Assembly: GCA_031409275.1 (NCBI GenBank)
Contig: JANNXA010000055.1
Location: 64,001-128,000, forward strand
DNA length: 64,000 bases
Source of the DNA: Planctomycetota bacterium
GTDB taxonomy: Bacteria > Planctomycetota > B15-G4 > SIAN01
Direction: 5' to 3'
The translations under genes were made by a program, and so were the position numbers. Positions 36,482-47,281 of this stretch are shown one piece after another. A model generated the notes under the pieces. The model was not told the origin of the DNA and made no database searches. It was given only the letters and a program-made list of their open reading frames with translations. Position 1 is the stretch's first letter. Each line of letters opens with the position of its first letter.

Positions 36482-37676
36482 TGCCGGGCAGAACGCCGCC
36501 CTCGAGCGCTTCGAGGAACGCGCCGCCACCGGTGGAGATGTGGCTGTAGTGGCCCTGCAACTTGAACTGCTCGATCACCGCGACCGAATCGCCGCCGCCC
36601 ACCACCGTCGTTGCGCCGGCTCGGGTCGCCAACGCGATCGCCTCGGCCACCGCCTTGCTGCCGCGCTCGAACTGCTTCCATTCGAAGACGCCGACCGGAC
36701 CGTTCCACACCACCGTCTTCGCCTCTTCGAGCTCTTTCTGGAATAGCGCGATCGTCTTCGGCCCGATGTCGAGCCCCATGAGCCCATCGGGCACGTCGAC
36801 GCCCGCCACGGCTTGCGCGGGGAGCTTCTCGTCGAACGCTGTCGCGGCAACGTGGTCGATCGGAAGGACGATTCGCACGCGCATCGCCGCCGCCTTGGAG
36901 AGGGCCGCCTTGGCGATATCGAGCTTGTCCTTCTCGCACTTGCTGGCACCGATGCGGTGGCCCTGCGCGGCGAGGAAGGTGTAGGCCATGCCGCCGCCGA
37001 TCAGCAGCGCGTCGACCTTTTCGAGCAGGTGGTCGACCACCTTGATCTTGTCGGAGACCTTGGCGCCGCCGAGCACGGCCACGAACGGGCGCTTGATGTC
37101 GGCGAGCAGGCGCGCGAGCGCCGTCATCTCCGCCTCCATCAGTCGCCCCGCCGCGCGCGCCTTCGGTGGCACCAGGGATGCCACGCCGGTGACGCTGGCA
37201 TGCGCTCGATGCGCCGTGCCGAAGGCGTCGTTGACGTAGAGCTCGCAGCCGTTGCGCAGTTTCGCCGCAAAGGCCGCATCGCCCGCTTCCTCCTCGGGAT
37301 GGAAGCGCACGTTCTCCAGCAGGACGACGTCGCCTGGCTTCTGCGCCGCGAGCGCCGCATCGACGTCGGGGCCGATGCAGCTCTTCAGCGCCGCGACCGG
37401 CTTCCCCAACAATTCGGCAAGCCGCGCTGCGCACGGCGCGAGTCGCAACTCCTCGGACGCCCCCTTCTTCGGCCGGCCGAGATGCGACGCCAAGACCACT
37501 TTCGCGCCGCGCTCCGCAAGCTCCCGGACGGTCGGCACTGCCGCCCGGATCCGACTCTCCTCGGTGATGCGCTGCCGCCCGTCGGGCCCGACCTCCATCG
37601 GCACGTTGAAGTCGACGCGCACGAAGACGCGTCGGCCTTTCACGTCGAGATCGTCGATCCGCTGGAAGTGCATCAC
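36459..37676 (-). CDS. pgk: Phosphoglycerate kinase
   Basis: RVDFNVP, SHLGRP, NDAFGTAHRAH, GGAKVSDK and STGGGA. Confidence 0.98.
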   Translation of the reverse strand: MMHFQRIDDLDVKGRRVFVRVDFNVPMEVGPDGRQRITEESRIRAAVPTVRELAERGAKVVLASHLGRPKKGASEELRLAPCAARLAELLGKPVAALKSCIGPDVDAALAAQKPGDVVLLENVRFHPEEEAGDAAFAAKLRNGCELYVNDAFGTAHRAHASVTGVASLVPPKARAAGRLMEAEMTALARLLADIKRPFVAVLGGAKVSDKIKVVDHLLEKVDALLIGGGMAYTFLAAQGHRIGASKCEKDKLDIAKAALSKAAAMRVRIVLPIDHVAATAFDEKLPAQAVAGVDVPDGLMGLDIGPKTIALFQKELEEAKTVVWNGPVGVFEWKQFERGSKAVAEAIALATRAGATTVVGGGDSVAVIEQFKLQGHYSHISTGGGAFLEALEGGVLPGIKALLLD

Positions 37677-37686
37677 CGTCGCCCTC

Positions 37687-38694
37687 TCACTCCTTCGACG
37701 CGGCGAGCTTGACGAGGTCGCACACGCGGGTCGAGTAGCCGAACTCGTTGTCGTACCAGGCGAAAACCTTCACCGAACGCTTGCCGAGCATCATGGTCGA
37801 CTTGGCGTCGAACACCGCCGAGTGGCTGTTGCCGATGATGTCGCTCGAGACGATCTCATCCTCGGTGTATTCGAGGATCCCCTTCATCGGGCCGGCGGCC
37901 GCTTCCTTGAACGCGGCATTCACCTGCTCGACGGTGGCGTCGCTCTTCAGCTCGGCGACGAGGTCGACGATCGAGCCGTCCGGCACCGGCACTCGCAGCG
38001 ACGTGCCGTCGAGCTTGCCCTTCAGCTCCGGCAGCACCTTGCCGACCGCGCGCGCCGCACCGGTCGTGGTCGGGATGATGTTGACGGCCGCCGCACGCGC
38101 GCGGCGCAGGTCCTTGTGGATCAGGTCGGAGACGCGCTGGTCGTTGGTGTAGGCGTGCACCGTGGTCATGAAGCCATGCTCGATGCCGAACTTCTGGTGC
38201 AGCACCTTGGCGACCGGCCCGATGCAGTTCGTCGTGCAGGAGGCGTTGGAGATGATCTTGTCGGCGGCGGTGAGCTCCGCGTCGTTCACCCCCATCACTA
38301 CCATCCGGTCGACGTCATCCTTCGGCGGGACGGTCAGCAGCACCTTCTTCGCGCCGGCATCGATGTGCTTCTGGCAGTCGGCCTTGCTGGTGAAGATGCC
38401 GGTCGACTCGATGGCGAAGTCGATGTTCAGCTCCTTCCACGGGAGCTTCGCCGGATCTTTCTCCGCGATCACCTTGATCGACTTGCCGTTCACCTTGAGT
38501 TCGCCCGGCGCCGCGGTGACCGTGCCGTCGAAGCGACCGAAGACCGAGTCGTACTTGAGCAGGTGGGCCATGCCCGCCGGATCGGTGAGGTCGTTGATGG
38601 CGACGATCTCGAAGTCTTGCGGCCGCGACCACATGATGCGGAAGACGTTGCGACCGATGCGTCCGAAGCCGTTGATGCCGATCCGAATCGCCAT
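37687..38694 (-). CDS. gap: Type I glyceraldehyde-3-phosphate dehydrogenase
   Basis: [19 protein letters not shown] and WYDNEFGYS. Confidence 0.98.
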   Translation of the reverse strand: MAIRIGINGFGRIGRNVFRIMWSRPQDFEIVAINDLTDPAGMAHLLKYDSVFGRFDGTVTAAPGELKVNGKSIKVIAEKDPAKLPWKELNIDFAIESTGIFTSKADCQKHIDAGAKKVLLTVPPKDDVDRMVVMGVNDAELTAADKIISNASCTTNCIGPVAKVLHQKFGIEHGFMTTVHAYTNDQRVSDLIHKDLRRARAAAVNIIPTTTGAARAVGKVLPELKGKLDGTSLRVPVPDGSIVDLVAELKSDATVEQVNAAFKEAAAGPMKGILEYTEDEIVSSDIIGNSHSAVFDAKSTMMLGKRSVKVFAWYDNEFGYSTRVCDLVKLAASKE

Positions 38695-38817
38695 GACCCA
38701 CCTTCTCCGGGAACCCGAGGTCGCCGACGACGTCCGATCGCCGCCGGCTTGGAAGGCGCGCGAGCCTAACCGCCGCCCCTCCGAAATGGCGCGGCGACGA
38801 AGCGCTACCCAACGGGA

Positions 38818-40116
38818 ATGGAGGTGCCGATGACCCCTCCCGCCGAAGGCGCCGTCATCGTGGCCGCGTCGGCCGGGGCCGACTCGACCGCGCTCGCCCT
38901 CCTGCTCGCCGACGCCGGGATCGGGCCGCTCCATCTCGTGCGCGTCGACCATGGCTGGCGACCGGCGGCGCGCGCCGCCGAGGAGGCGCAGGTCGCAGCC
39001 CTGGCGCAACGGATCGGGGCGAGCTTCGAGGCGATCGCGCTGGCGCCGCCGCCCGCTCGTCGCTTCGACGAGGCGTGGGCCCGCGCCGCTCGCTACGCAG
39101 CGCTGCTCGACGTCGCGCGCCGCCGCGACGCGCCGCTCATCGCCACCGGCCACCACGCCGCCGATCGGCGCGAGACGCAACTCCTGCTGCTGGCACGCGG
39201 CAGCGATCTTGCGGCATTGCGCGGGATGGCGGCGGTGCGCCCGTTCGCCGAGAGGCTGTTGTGGCGGCCGCTGCTCGATCGCGAGCCGGCGGCGTTGCGC
39301 GCACTCCTGCGCGAGCGCGGCGTCGCGTGGCTCGACGACCCCAGCAACCGCGACTTCCGCTTCGCGCGCAATCGCATGCGCCATCACGTGCTGCCGCTGC
39401 TCGCGCGCAACGGCGACCCGCTGCTCGCACGGCTCGATGCGCTGCACGAACGAACGTCGCGTCTGCTCGTACGCCTCGCGAGTCGCGCCGACGTGGCGCT
39501 GCACCACGCGACACCGGGCGCGGCGAGCGGATTGCTCCTGCTCGACTTCACGACGCTGCAGCGCTGGCCGACCGCCCTGCTCGCCCCGCTGCTCGACGCG
39601 ATGGCGCGCCGCCTCCACGCGTCGCGCCCTCCCCGCCATCGCAGAAGCGAACTGCGCGAATTCTCCGCCTGGCTGCGCGAGGGCGCCGCGCGCGGCACCT
39701 TCCACCTCGACCACCTCGATTGGTTTCGCGCCGGGGCGCGGATTGGCGTCGCGCAGCGCGGCGCACTCCCGCCGCCCGTCGAACCGACCGCGTTGACGCT
39801 CGGACACAACGAGCGGGCGGGCTACTCCTTCGCGATCGAGGTGACCGCGGCAGACGACGTCGCCGGCGACGATCGCGATCTCTTCGTGGCGCGCTTCACC
39901 GACCGTGCGCGCCTCTCGTGGCGCACGCTGCGCGCCGGCGACCGGCTGAAGCAGGTCGCCGCAGATCGCCCATGGTTCGAGCGGCCGTTCTGGCCGGCCA
40001 TCGAAGAGGATGGCGCGCTGGCGTGGATCCCGGGGCTTGGCGCGCCTCCGCGGCTCACGCCCGGCACGCGTACCGCTGTCTCGCTACGAGTCGTCGGCCT
40101 GCCGGCGTCGGAGTGA
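38818..40116 (+). CDS. tilS: tRNA(Ile)-lysidine synthetase
   Basis: [12 protein letters not shown]-loop variant, [27 protein letters not shown] and RNRMRH. Confidence 0.85.
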   Translation: MEVPMTPPAEGAVIVAASAGADSTALALLLADAGIGPLHLVRVDHGWRPAARAAEEAQVAALAQRIGASFEAIALAPPPARRFDEAWARAARYAALLDVARRRDAPLIATGHHAADRRETQLLLLARGSDLAALRGMAAVRPFAERLLWRPLLDREPAALRALLRERGVAWLDDPSNRDFRFARNRMRHHVLPLLARNGDPLLARLDALHERTSRLLVRLASRADVALHHATPGAASGLLLLDFTTLQRWPTALLAPLLDAMARRLHASRPPRHRRSELREFSAWLREGAARGTFHLDHLDWFRAGARIGVAQRGALPPPVEPTALTLGHNERAGYSFAIEVTAADDVAGDDRDLFVARFTDRARLSWRTLRAGDRLKQVAADRPWFERPFWPAIEEDGALAWIPGLGAPPRLTPGTRTAVSLRVVGLPASE

Positions 40117-40124
40117 AATGAACC

Positions 40125-40153
40125 GCGGCCGCCCCGAAGCTCGGAGCGGCCGC
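40125..40153. terminator. GC-rich hairpin between convergent genes
   Basis: GCGGCCGCCCCGA-AGC-TCGGAGCGGCCGC; no U-tract. Confidence 0.4.
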
Positions 40154-40186
40154 CGTGAAGCAGATCCTTGATTCAACGGGCCGGGA

Positions 40187-41344
40187 TTACTGCAGTGCGA
40201 AGACGTTGGTCCCGTCGCAACCGATCAGCATGCCGCCGCCCTGCACGGTCGGCAGCGTCAGGTCGCCGTGCGAGAAGCGCGAGAGCACGGCGCCGGTCGC
40301 CGCCGCAACGACGGCGACTTCGCCATTGCCGACGTCCGCGTAGACGCGATCGCCGATGCGAGTGATCACCCGGGTCGCGCCCGGAAGCGTCCACAACACA
40401 TGGCCGCTGCCGAGCTCGATCGCCATCACGCCGCCATCGACGCGCTGATAGGCGGCTTCCTTGGTCAGCGTCGCCTCCTGGCTGCCGAAGTTGCCGTCGC
40501 AAGCGACCTTGAAGCGAACGACGCCGTTGCGCACATCGACGTCGTAGAGGAAGCCATTCGCCGCACCGAAGACGAGATGGTCGTCCAGCAGCGCGAGCGG
40601 CGTCGCCGCGCGCGTTCCGGCGAGTCGGCGGTACCAATTCTCCTTCGGCGCCCACGCGCTCTCGCTCGCACTGCGCGGAGGCATGGAGAAGAGCAGTCCA
40701 TCTTCGGTGATCGAGACGATCTGAGCGATCGGGCCATCGCCGTAGACGACCGAGTCGATGATCGGGCTCGACGTCGCGTAGGACCAGCCGGCATGCCCCG
40801 CCGCGAGGTCGATCGACTGCAGCGACATCGGCGCAAGGCGTCCGACGTAGAGCGAATCGCCGACCGTCACCGCGCGTCCGGAAGGGAAGAACTCCAGATG
40901 CTCGCTGTTCAGCGGCGCCTTGGCGCTGCCCATCAACCGCGAGCCGCGGCTGCGCGACACACTGCTGACCTCATCGGTGCAGACGAAGCTGACGGTCGAC
41001 GCCGTGCCACCCACGACCTGGGTCGTGCCTTCGGCCAGGTTGAGCAGCCAGAGATGGGCACCCCGCTCGCGATCGATGGCGTGGATGGTGGAGTCGTGGT
41101 CTTCGACGAGGAGCAGGTCGCCGTCGACGGTGACGCGGCTCGCCTGCACCGGCGCGCCGAGGCGCTCGGAGAGGTTCATCCGCCAGAGTTCGCCGCCGAA
41201 GCGGCCACCGGCCACCATGGCGTCGATCGTCGCCGTCATCGCTTCCCGCGAGCGGGAAGAGGTCATGCGAGCCTCGGTCGGCCCGGCGGCGCATGCGGAG
41301 ACGAGGGCGAGCAGGGTCAGAGCTGCGGGGCGCGCAAGTGACAT
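40187..41344 (-). CDS. PQQ-type beta-propeller lipoprotein (BamB-like)
   Basis: Lipobox LVSA-C; repeats such as IHAIDRERGAHLW and LYDVDVRNGVVRF. Confidence 0.75.
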   Translation of the reverse strand: MSLARPAALTLLALVSACAAGPTEARMTSSRSREAMTATIDAMVAGGRFGGELWRMNLSERLGAPVQASRVTVDGDLLLVEDHDSTIHAIDRERGAHLWLLNLAEGTTQVVGGTASTVSFVCTDEVSSVSRSRGSRLMGSAKAPLNSEHLEFFPSGRAVTVGDSLYVGRLAPMSLQSIDLAAGHAGWSYATSSPIIDSVVYGDGPIAQIVSITEDGLLFSMPPRSASESAWAPKENWYRRLAGTRAATPLALLDDHLVFGAANGFLYDVDVRNGVVRFKVACDGNFGSQEATLTKEAAYQRVDGGVMAIELGSGHVLWTLPGATRVITRIGDRVYADVGNGEVAVVAAATGAVLSRFSHGDLTLPTVQGGGMLIGCDGTNVFALQ

Positions 41345-41450
41345 GGAGAGCCTCGGAGCCATATGGTGAAGAAGCGCTGCAGGAGCGCGCCGCACTTACC
41401 CCCATCGCAGGGAGGGGGTAACGGGGGCGCGGAAAGCGCAGGATGATCCA

Positions 41451-42170
41451 GTGGATCGCTCGCCGAATCAAGACTCGAGGATGGCTCTCGCCGGGCGGCT
41501 GGCGCAGGTGCAGGCCCGCATCGCCGGCGCGGCGGCCCGTTCTGGCCGTCCCGCAAGCGCCATCCAGCTGGTGGCGGTCACCAAGCAGACGGAGGATCAG
41601 GCCGTGGTCGACGCGCTGGCGCTCGGGCTGCGCGACTTCGCCGAGAACCGCGTCCAGCTGCTGCTCGGTCGCGGGCCCGAGCTGTTGGCCCAGGGGCGCT
41701 GGCACCTGATCGGTCCGCTGCAGTCGAACAAGGTCAAGGCGGCGGTCGCCGTGATCGCCGAGTTCCACGCCCTCGACCGCGTCGAGCTGCTCCCGCTGCT
41801 CGCGCGCGCCGCGGCGGCGCGCGGGCGGCCACTTCCGGTCTGGCTCCAGATCAACGTCGCCGCCGAGCCGCAGAAGCACGGCAGCGCGCCCGCCGCCGCC
41901 GCTGCGCTCGCGCAGGCCGCCGCGGCGCTGCCCGAACTCGAGCTGCGCGGGCTGATGGCGATGGCGCCGTTGGCCGACCCCGCCGGCGAGGCGCGCCGCT
42001 GGTTCGCCGCGCTGCGGGAACTCTCGCTCGATCTGCGGCGCACGGGAGCACTGCCGGAACATGCCGCCGGACTGTCGATGGGCATGTCGGGCGACTTCGA
42101 GTGCGCCATCGAGGAGGGGGCGACCGTCGTCCGCGTCGGTTCGGCGCTCTTCCGCGACGAGACCGCTTGA
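41451..42170 (+). CDS. yggS: PLP homeostasis protein YggS
   Basis: LVAVTK, FAENRVQ, WHLIGPLQSNK, LSMGMSGD and VRVGSALF. Confidence 0.95.
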   Translation: MDRSPNQDSRMALAGRLAQVQARIAGAAARSGRPASAIQLVAVTKQTEDQAVVDALALGLRDFAENRVQLLLGRGPELLAQGRWHLIGPLQSNKVKAAVAVIAEFHALDRVELLPLLARAAAARGRPLPVWLQINVAAEPQKHGSAPAAAAALAQAAAALPELELRGLMAMAPLADPAGEARRWFAALRELSLDLRRTGALPEHAAGLSMGMSGDFECAIEEGATVVRVGSALFRDETA

Positions 42171-42230
42171 TAGCTTCCCGGACACCTTGAGGCAGCGTTC
42201 GCACCGACCCCGTGACGGAGTCCTGATCGC

Positions 42231-44960
42231 GTGGCGACCTTGCTGATCGAGAACGGACCGAACAAGGGCACTGGCTTCGAGCTCAAGCCGGGGGGCCTCT
42301 ACACGCTCGGTCGCGATCCTCAATGCGACCTCGTCCTGCACGGCGAGCTCGTCTCGCGCCAACACTGCCGCGTCAAGGAGTTCAAGGGCGCCTACTACGC
42401 CAAGGACCTCGACAGCCTGAACGGGATCTTCCTCAACGACCAGCGCGTCACGCAGGTCGAGCTCAAGCCCGGCGACAAGCTGCAGCTCGGCGACGCGGTG
42501 CTGACCTTCCTCGACGAGAGCCTCGCGAAGGCGAAGCAGGAGAAGACGCTCGGCGGCTATCGATTGCTCGAGCGCGTCGGGCGCGGCGGCATGGGCACCG
42601 TCTACCGCGCGATCCAGATCTCGCTCGACCGCGAAGTCGCGTTCAAGGTCCTCTCGCCCGAGCTGGTGAAGGACAAGAGCTTCGTCGAGCAGTTCTTCCG
42701 CGAGGCGCGCGCGGCCGGCCAGCTGAACCACCCGCACATCGTCCAAGTCTATGACGTCGGCCAGGAAGGCGACACCTTCTACTACTCGATGGAGTTCGTC
42801 CGCGGCGGCAGCCTCGAGGATCGGCTGCGTGAACAGGGCCGGCTGAGCGTCGAAGAGTCGTTGCGAGTCGCCCACGAAACGGCCACCGCGCTCGAGTACG
42901 CCGAGTTGCGCGGCATCGTGCACCGCGACATCAAGCCCGACAACTTGATGCTCGCCGAAGATGGGCGCGTGCGCGTCGCCGACCTCGGGCTCGCCTTGTC
43001 GCTGAAGAGCAGCGCCGACACCAAGGGCCAGCCGATCCTCGGTACGCCCCACTTCATCTCGCCCGAGCAGGCGCTGCGGCGCGACATCGACATCCGCTCC
43101 GACATCTACTCCCTCGGCGCGACGCTCTACCGGATGCTCGCCGGCCGGACGGTGTTCACCGGCGCTTCCGCGGAAGAGATCATCCGCAAGGCCGTGCGCG
43201 ACGAGCCGCAGCCGCTGCGCGAGCTGAATCCGGAGGTGCCGGAGAAGGTCGCCGCGCTCGTCCATCGCATGCTGAAGAAGAATCCCGACGAGCGCTTCGC
43301 GAGCGCCCGGGAACTGCGCGAGGCGCTCGACCACCTGCTGCGACGCCCGGTGCGGACCAAGGCGCTCGTCGCCGCGATCGCCGTGGCGGTCATCGCCGTG
43401 GTGGTCGCCATCGTCATCGCGCTGCGCGAGCCGCCGCCGCGGATCGTGGAGGCCGATCCGACCGACGCGCAGGCGCAGCGACTCAAGATCTTCGAGATGA
43501 GCTCGGAGGTCGACAAGCGTCGCATCGAGCTCGAAGCCGTGCGCAAGTACCTGCAGCTGTTCGAGACGCCGCGGGATCGCGGCGCGCTGCGCGAATCGCT
43601 CGCGGCCTGGCTCGCCGAGTACGACTACCTCAGCATGCCGGAGCGCGACCGGGCGCGCAGCCGCGCCGCCGAGATCGACGAGGCGGTGGCGCGATCGGCC
43701 GCGGCCGAACTCGAAGCCGCGGCGGCGCGCGCGGCGCGCGTCGCTGGCTTCGGTGACGAAGTCACGGCGGGGCTCGCGCAAGGCGACCTGCTGCGAGCGC
43801 TGGTGACGGCGTGGAAACTCGACCCCGACGCCGAACCGGACGAGAGCGCTCGCCCGTTGCTGGCCGCGGAGAAGCAGCGCCTCCTCGCACTGGTGCGGGA
43901 GAAGTGCACCGCCGAAGTCGGGACCATCGATGCCGCGATCGATGCCGCCGTCGCTGCCGGCGATCTGCCGCAGGCCGCCGCGCTGTGCCGCAACGGGAGC
44001 GCCCGCTTCAGCGCGTCTCCTGAAATCGCGATGCCGGCGGAGCTCGCCGCCGAGTTCGAGCCGCTCGCGCAGCGCTTCGAATCGCGCCGGCGCGACCTCT
44101 CGGTCCGCGTCGACGAAACGACACGAGCCGCCCAGTTGCGTGAACGGGAGCGACTGCTGCGCGCCCTCGCCGCGCCGACGCGGCAAGCGGTGCTCGCGCT
44201 CGACTTCGGCGCCGGTGCTGCCGCGATCGAGGCGGTGATCGCCGAACTCGAAACCGACTCGGCCAAGGCGCGCATCGCCCCGCTGGCCGCGACGCTGCGA
44301 ACCGGGCAGGCGCTGCTCGAACGCTTCTTCGCGGAGCTCGGCGCGCAGAAACTCCCGGCGACGCCGCCGCTCAAGGTGGCCGGCGCCGAGCGAGGTGGCG
44401 ACCTCGTCGACCTCGATCTCGAGAAGCGCCTCTTCAAGCTCCGCACCCAGGTCGGCCGCGCCACTTCCTCGACGACGGTCGCCTTCAACGAGTTCGCCAA
44501 TGCGGACGGGCTTCGCCAGTTGCTGGTCGGGCGCCTTCCGATGACGGCGCAGGAAAGCCTCGACCTCGCCGAGCTGATGACGGTGGTCGAAGTGCTGCGC
44601 TGGGTCGAAGAGATCGCCCCGCTGGCCAAGCGCCTCGACCGCTACGACCCGCGGGTCGGTTGGGGTGACGAGGCTCGTGAAGGGCTGGTCGCGCCGAGCG
44701 CCGCGCTGCTCGCCGATCCGGTCGACGCCGCACTGAAAGAGGTCAGCGCCGATCAGTCGGCGCGCGTCCTGGCCGTGCGCACCCGCGCCCGCGCCGAGCA
44801 GCTCGCGCATGACGAGCTGGCTGGCGCACTCGACCCGTTCTACCAGCGCGACTCGACGGTCGGCTGGACGGCCAGCGTCTCTGCGCTGCGCCAGCTGCTC
44901 GGCGATCACATGGGCACGATGCTGGTGCAGGCCGTGCGACCGTGGATCGAAGGCGAATGA
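42231..44960 (+). CDS. FHA-domain Ser/Thr protein kinase with a TM helix and helical C-terminal region
   Basis: FHA LGR...VSRQHC...SLNG; kinase GRGGMG, VAFK, HRDIKPDN, DLG and GTPHFISPEQ; TM ALVAAIAVAVIAVVVAIVIAL. Confidence 0.92.
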   Translation: MATLLIENGPNKGTGFELKPGGLYTLGRDPQCDLVLHGELVSRQHCRVKEFKGAYYAKDLDSLNGIFLNDQRVTQVELKPGDKLQLGDAVLTFLDESLAKAKQEKTLGGYRLLERVGRGGMGTVYRAIQISLDREVAFKVLSPELVKDKSFVEQFFREARAAGQLNHPHIVQVYDVGQEGDTFYYSMEFVRGGSLEDRLREQGRLSVEESLRVAHETATALEYAELRGIVHRDIKPDNLMLAEDGRVRVADLGLALSLKSSADTKGQPILGTPHFISPEQALRRDIDIRSDIYSLGATLYRMLAGRTVFTGASAEEIIRKAVRDEPQPLRELNPEVPEKVAALVHRMLKKNPDERFASARELREALDHLLRRPVRTKALVAAIAVAVIAVVVAIVIALREPPPRIVEADPTDAQAQRLKIFEMSSEVDKRRIELEAVRKYLQLFETPRDRGALRESLAAWLAEYDYLSMPERDRARSRAAEIDEAVARSAAAELEAAAARAARVAGFGDEVTAGLAQGDLLRALVTAWKLDPDAEPDESARPLLAAEKQRLLALVREKCTAEVGTIDAAIDAAVAAGDLPQAAALCRNGSARFSASPEIAMPAELAAEFEPLAQRFESRRRDLSVRVDETTRAAQLRERERLLRALAAPTRQAVLALDFGAGAAAIEAVIAELETDSAKARIAPLAATLRTGQALLERFFAELGAQKLPATPPLKVAGAERGGDLVDLDLEKRLFKLRTQVGRATSSTTVAFNEFANADGLRQLLVGRLPMTAQESLDLAELMTVVEVLRWVEEIAPLAKRLDRYDPRVGWGDEAREGLVAPSAALLADPVDAALKEVSADQSARVLAVRTRARAEQLAHDELAGALDPFYQRDSTVGWTASVSALRQLLGDHMGTMLVQAVRPWIEGE

Positions 44961-45274
44961 GCGACACGCTGCTCGCGCTGGTGGCGAGCCGCGATGGGGT
45001 GATCGTGCCGGTCACCGCGCGACCGCGCGGCCGGCGGGACGCATTGATCGGCGCTCGCCATGGCAGCCTGCTGATCGAGACGACCGCGGCACCTGAAGAT
45101 GGCGCAGCGAACGACGCGATCGGGAAGCTGCTGGCGCGGAGTCTCGCGGTGGCGCGCGGATCGGTCACGCTGACCAGCGGCTCCGCTGCGCGACGCAAGC
45201 GCTTCTGCATCGCGCAGCTCAGCCTCGACGTCGTCGGCGCGCGCTTGACGGCAGCTCTGCAGAAGGAGCTCTGA
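44957..45274 (+). CDS. DUF167 (YggU) family protein
   Basis: TAAPEDGAANDAIGKLLA...LTSGSAARRK. Confidence 0.85.
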   Translation: MSDTLLALVASRDGVIVPVTARPRGRRDALIGARHGSLLIETTAAPEDGAANDAIGKLLARSLAVARGSVTLTSGSAARRKRFCIAQLSLDVVGARLTAALQKEL

Positions 45275-46095
45275 TGGACGCCCACAGCGAACTCGTGCGC
45301 GCGGCGGCGGCGACGTTGCGACGCGAACTGCCGCGCCCGCTGCCGCGCTGGCTACTCTCCTCGCGCTTCGGCAGCGACTTCCTGATGGGCAGCGGCCCGC
45401 GCGCCCCGGTCGACGAGATCGCTTTGGCGAACGGAGCGGGACGAATGCTGGCTCGAATCGTCCGCATTGGCGCCGAGCCCCTGCTCGCGCTCGAACTCGA
45501 CGATCCGGCTGGACGGCTGCCGCCATCACTGGCGGACGCGTTGCCGCTGCTGATTGCCGGACAGCTCTCGATGCGCGGCGCGCTCCATCTCCTGTCAGGG
45601 GCGGGCCTCGCGAGCTTCCGCTCCGCGCCGAACCTCGCGCTGATCAGCGACTGGCTACGCCTGTGCGACGAAGATCCGCTGCGCCACCTCGATCCCGGCG
45701 ACCTTGGGGCCCGCTTCCCCGAGTTGCGGCGCGCCGCGGCGAGCGACGAGTGGCTGGCAGCGCGGCTGCTGCTCTCGCAGTCCGGAGCGAACCCGCCGGT
45801 GATCGCAGCCTCGCGGCGCGGCCCGAGCGGCGCCACCGACGCCGAGCTGCAAGCGATGGCGCGGCTCGGCGCCGACATCGTCGTCGAAGGATGCGCGGCG
45901 GAATGGGTCGCGGCGCGCCATCAGGGCCTCGCGTTCCTTGCGATCGCGCTGGTCCTCGATCACGTGGAAGACGCCACGATCTGCGATCCGGGCGCGCTGG
46001 CGACCCGCGCCTCGGCCCTGCTTCCGCGGCTCGCCGATCTCTTGCCGCGACTGTTCGCGACGCTCGCCGTCCCGCCCACGGAGTCCTCCGCATGA
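45274..46095 (+). CDS. Purine nucleoside phosphorylase-like protein with a degenerate active site
   Basis: ISDW...DPL...GARFPEL and GPSGATDAE...LGADIV...EWVAARHQGL align to the PNP scaffold. Confidence 0.65.
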   Translation: MDAHSELVRAAAATLRRELPRPLPRWLLSSRFGSDFLMGSGPRAPVDEIALANGAGRMLARIVRIGAEPLLALELDDPAGRLPPSLADALPLLIAGQLSMRGALHLLSGAGLASFRSAPNLALISDWLRLCDEDPLRHLDPGDLGARFPELRRAAASDEWLAARLLLSQSGANPPVIAASRRGPSGATDAELQAMARLGADIVVEGCAAEWVAARHQGLAFLAIALVLDHVEDATICDPGALATRASALLPRLADLLPRLFATLAVPPTESSA

Positions 46096-46712
46096 GTTCC
46101 CGTTTGCGCGTCGCCGTGCTCCTTTCCGGCACCGGCCGCAGCTTCGACTCCCTGTTGGCCCGCTGCCGCAGCGGCGAACTCGCTGCCGAGATCATCGGCG
46201 TCATCAGCTCCCGTGGCGACGTGCGAGGTCTGGCTCAAGCGCGCGCCGCCGGCGTCCCCACGGCCGTGCTGCGACGCAAGGCGCATCCCGATGTCGCTTC
46301 GTATGGCATGGCGATCGGGACGCAGCTGCGCGCATGGAAGAGCGAGCTCGCCGCCATGGCCGGCTTCCTCCATCTGTGGAGCGTGCCGAGCGACTTCACG
46401 GGCCGCGTGATGAACATCCATCCGTCGCTGCTGCCGGCATTTGGCGGCGCGGGAATGCACGGCCACCACGTGCATGAAGCGGTGATCCGGTCCGGCGCGA
46501 AGGTCTCGGGCTGCACCGTCCACTTCGCCGACGACGCCTACGATTCCGGACCGATCATCGTGCAGCGCTGCGTGCCGGTCCACTTCGAGGACAGCGCCGA
46601 CACGCTCGCCGCTCGCGTCTTCGAGCAGGAGTGCCTCGCCTATCCCGAAGCGATCGGCGCCTTCGCCGCTGGCCGGCTGCGCATCATCGACGGCCGCGTC
46701 GAGGTCAGCTGA
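46092..46712 (+). CDS. purN: Phosphoribosylglycinamide formyltransferase
   Basis: VLLSGTG, MAGF, NIHPSLLPAFGG, SGCTVH and YDSGPII. Confidence 0.95.
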   Translation: MSSRLRVAVLLSGTGRSFDSLLARCRSGELAAEIIGVISSRGDVRGLAQARAAGVPTAVLRRKAHPDVASYGMAIGTQLRAWKSELAAMAGFLHLWSVPSDFTGRVMNIHPSLLPAFGGAGMHGHHVHEAVIRSGAKVSGCTVHFADDAYDSGPIIVQRCVPVHFEDSADTLAARVFEQECLAYPEAIGAFAAGRLRIIDGRVEVS

Positions 46713-46730
46713 CGTCGGCGTGGCGCGCAC

Positions 46731-47192
46731 TCAACGCGAAGCGACGCGCGTGTTCGCGTGGAAGCGTCCCGACGGCGGATGGAAGATCCAGCCGCCGCTG
46801 CCGTCGGCCGCCGGCACGCTGCCGACGGTCACCACGCGAATCTCGTCGATGCCATCGAGCGGGTTCGGCGGGATGCCGGCGCGCAAGTAGGGGCCGCACC
46901 CCCCGCCTTCATGGATCGCGCCGTCGGGCGAAGTCGGAAGGGTGAGCTGCTGCACCAGCAGTTCGGCGCGAACGATCAGCCCGTCACTGCCCGGGAGCTG
47001 GCCCGCGTGGTCCTTCTGATAGGCCTCGACCGCCAGCTGCAACGCGGACAGGTCGGTCGCCAAGGCGAGTTCGCGCGATTCGCGTTGCGCCTCGCGGAAG
47101 CTCGGCACCAGGATGCCCGCCGTGGCCCCGACCACGCCCAACGCGACCACCAACGCGAGCCGACGGACGAAAACCGGCGATCGATTCACCAT
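46731..47192 (-). CDS. Pseudopilin/GspG-like protein
   Basis: N-terminal hydrophobic helix; LQLAVEAYQKDHAGQLP; GPYLRAGIPPNP. Confidence 0.7.
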   Translation of the reverse strand: MVNRSPVFVRRLALVVALGVVGATAGILVPSFREAQRESRELALATDLSALQLAVEAYQKDHAGQLPGSDGLIVRAELLVQQLTLPTSPDGAIHEGGGCGPYLRAGIPPNPLDGIDEIRVVTVGSVPAADGSGGWIFHPPSGRFHANTRVASR

Positions 47193-47281
47193 CGGAGAAC
47201 CACCTCGGGGATGCGACGAAGCGTCTCTCCACGGATCGGCCGCGCGACCGGCCGCGCTTGAGAGTTCGCCCGGGGGGCGGC

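Noticed and set aside
40971..44909. Very long antisense ORFs (this one, 49767-52763, 18251-19975, and the 5' extensions of gap, gdh, HSP90 and the ABC ORFs)
   Set aside because: Shadow frames of real high-GC genes on the opposite strand; no protein motifs.
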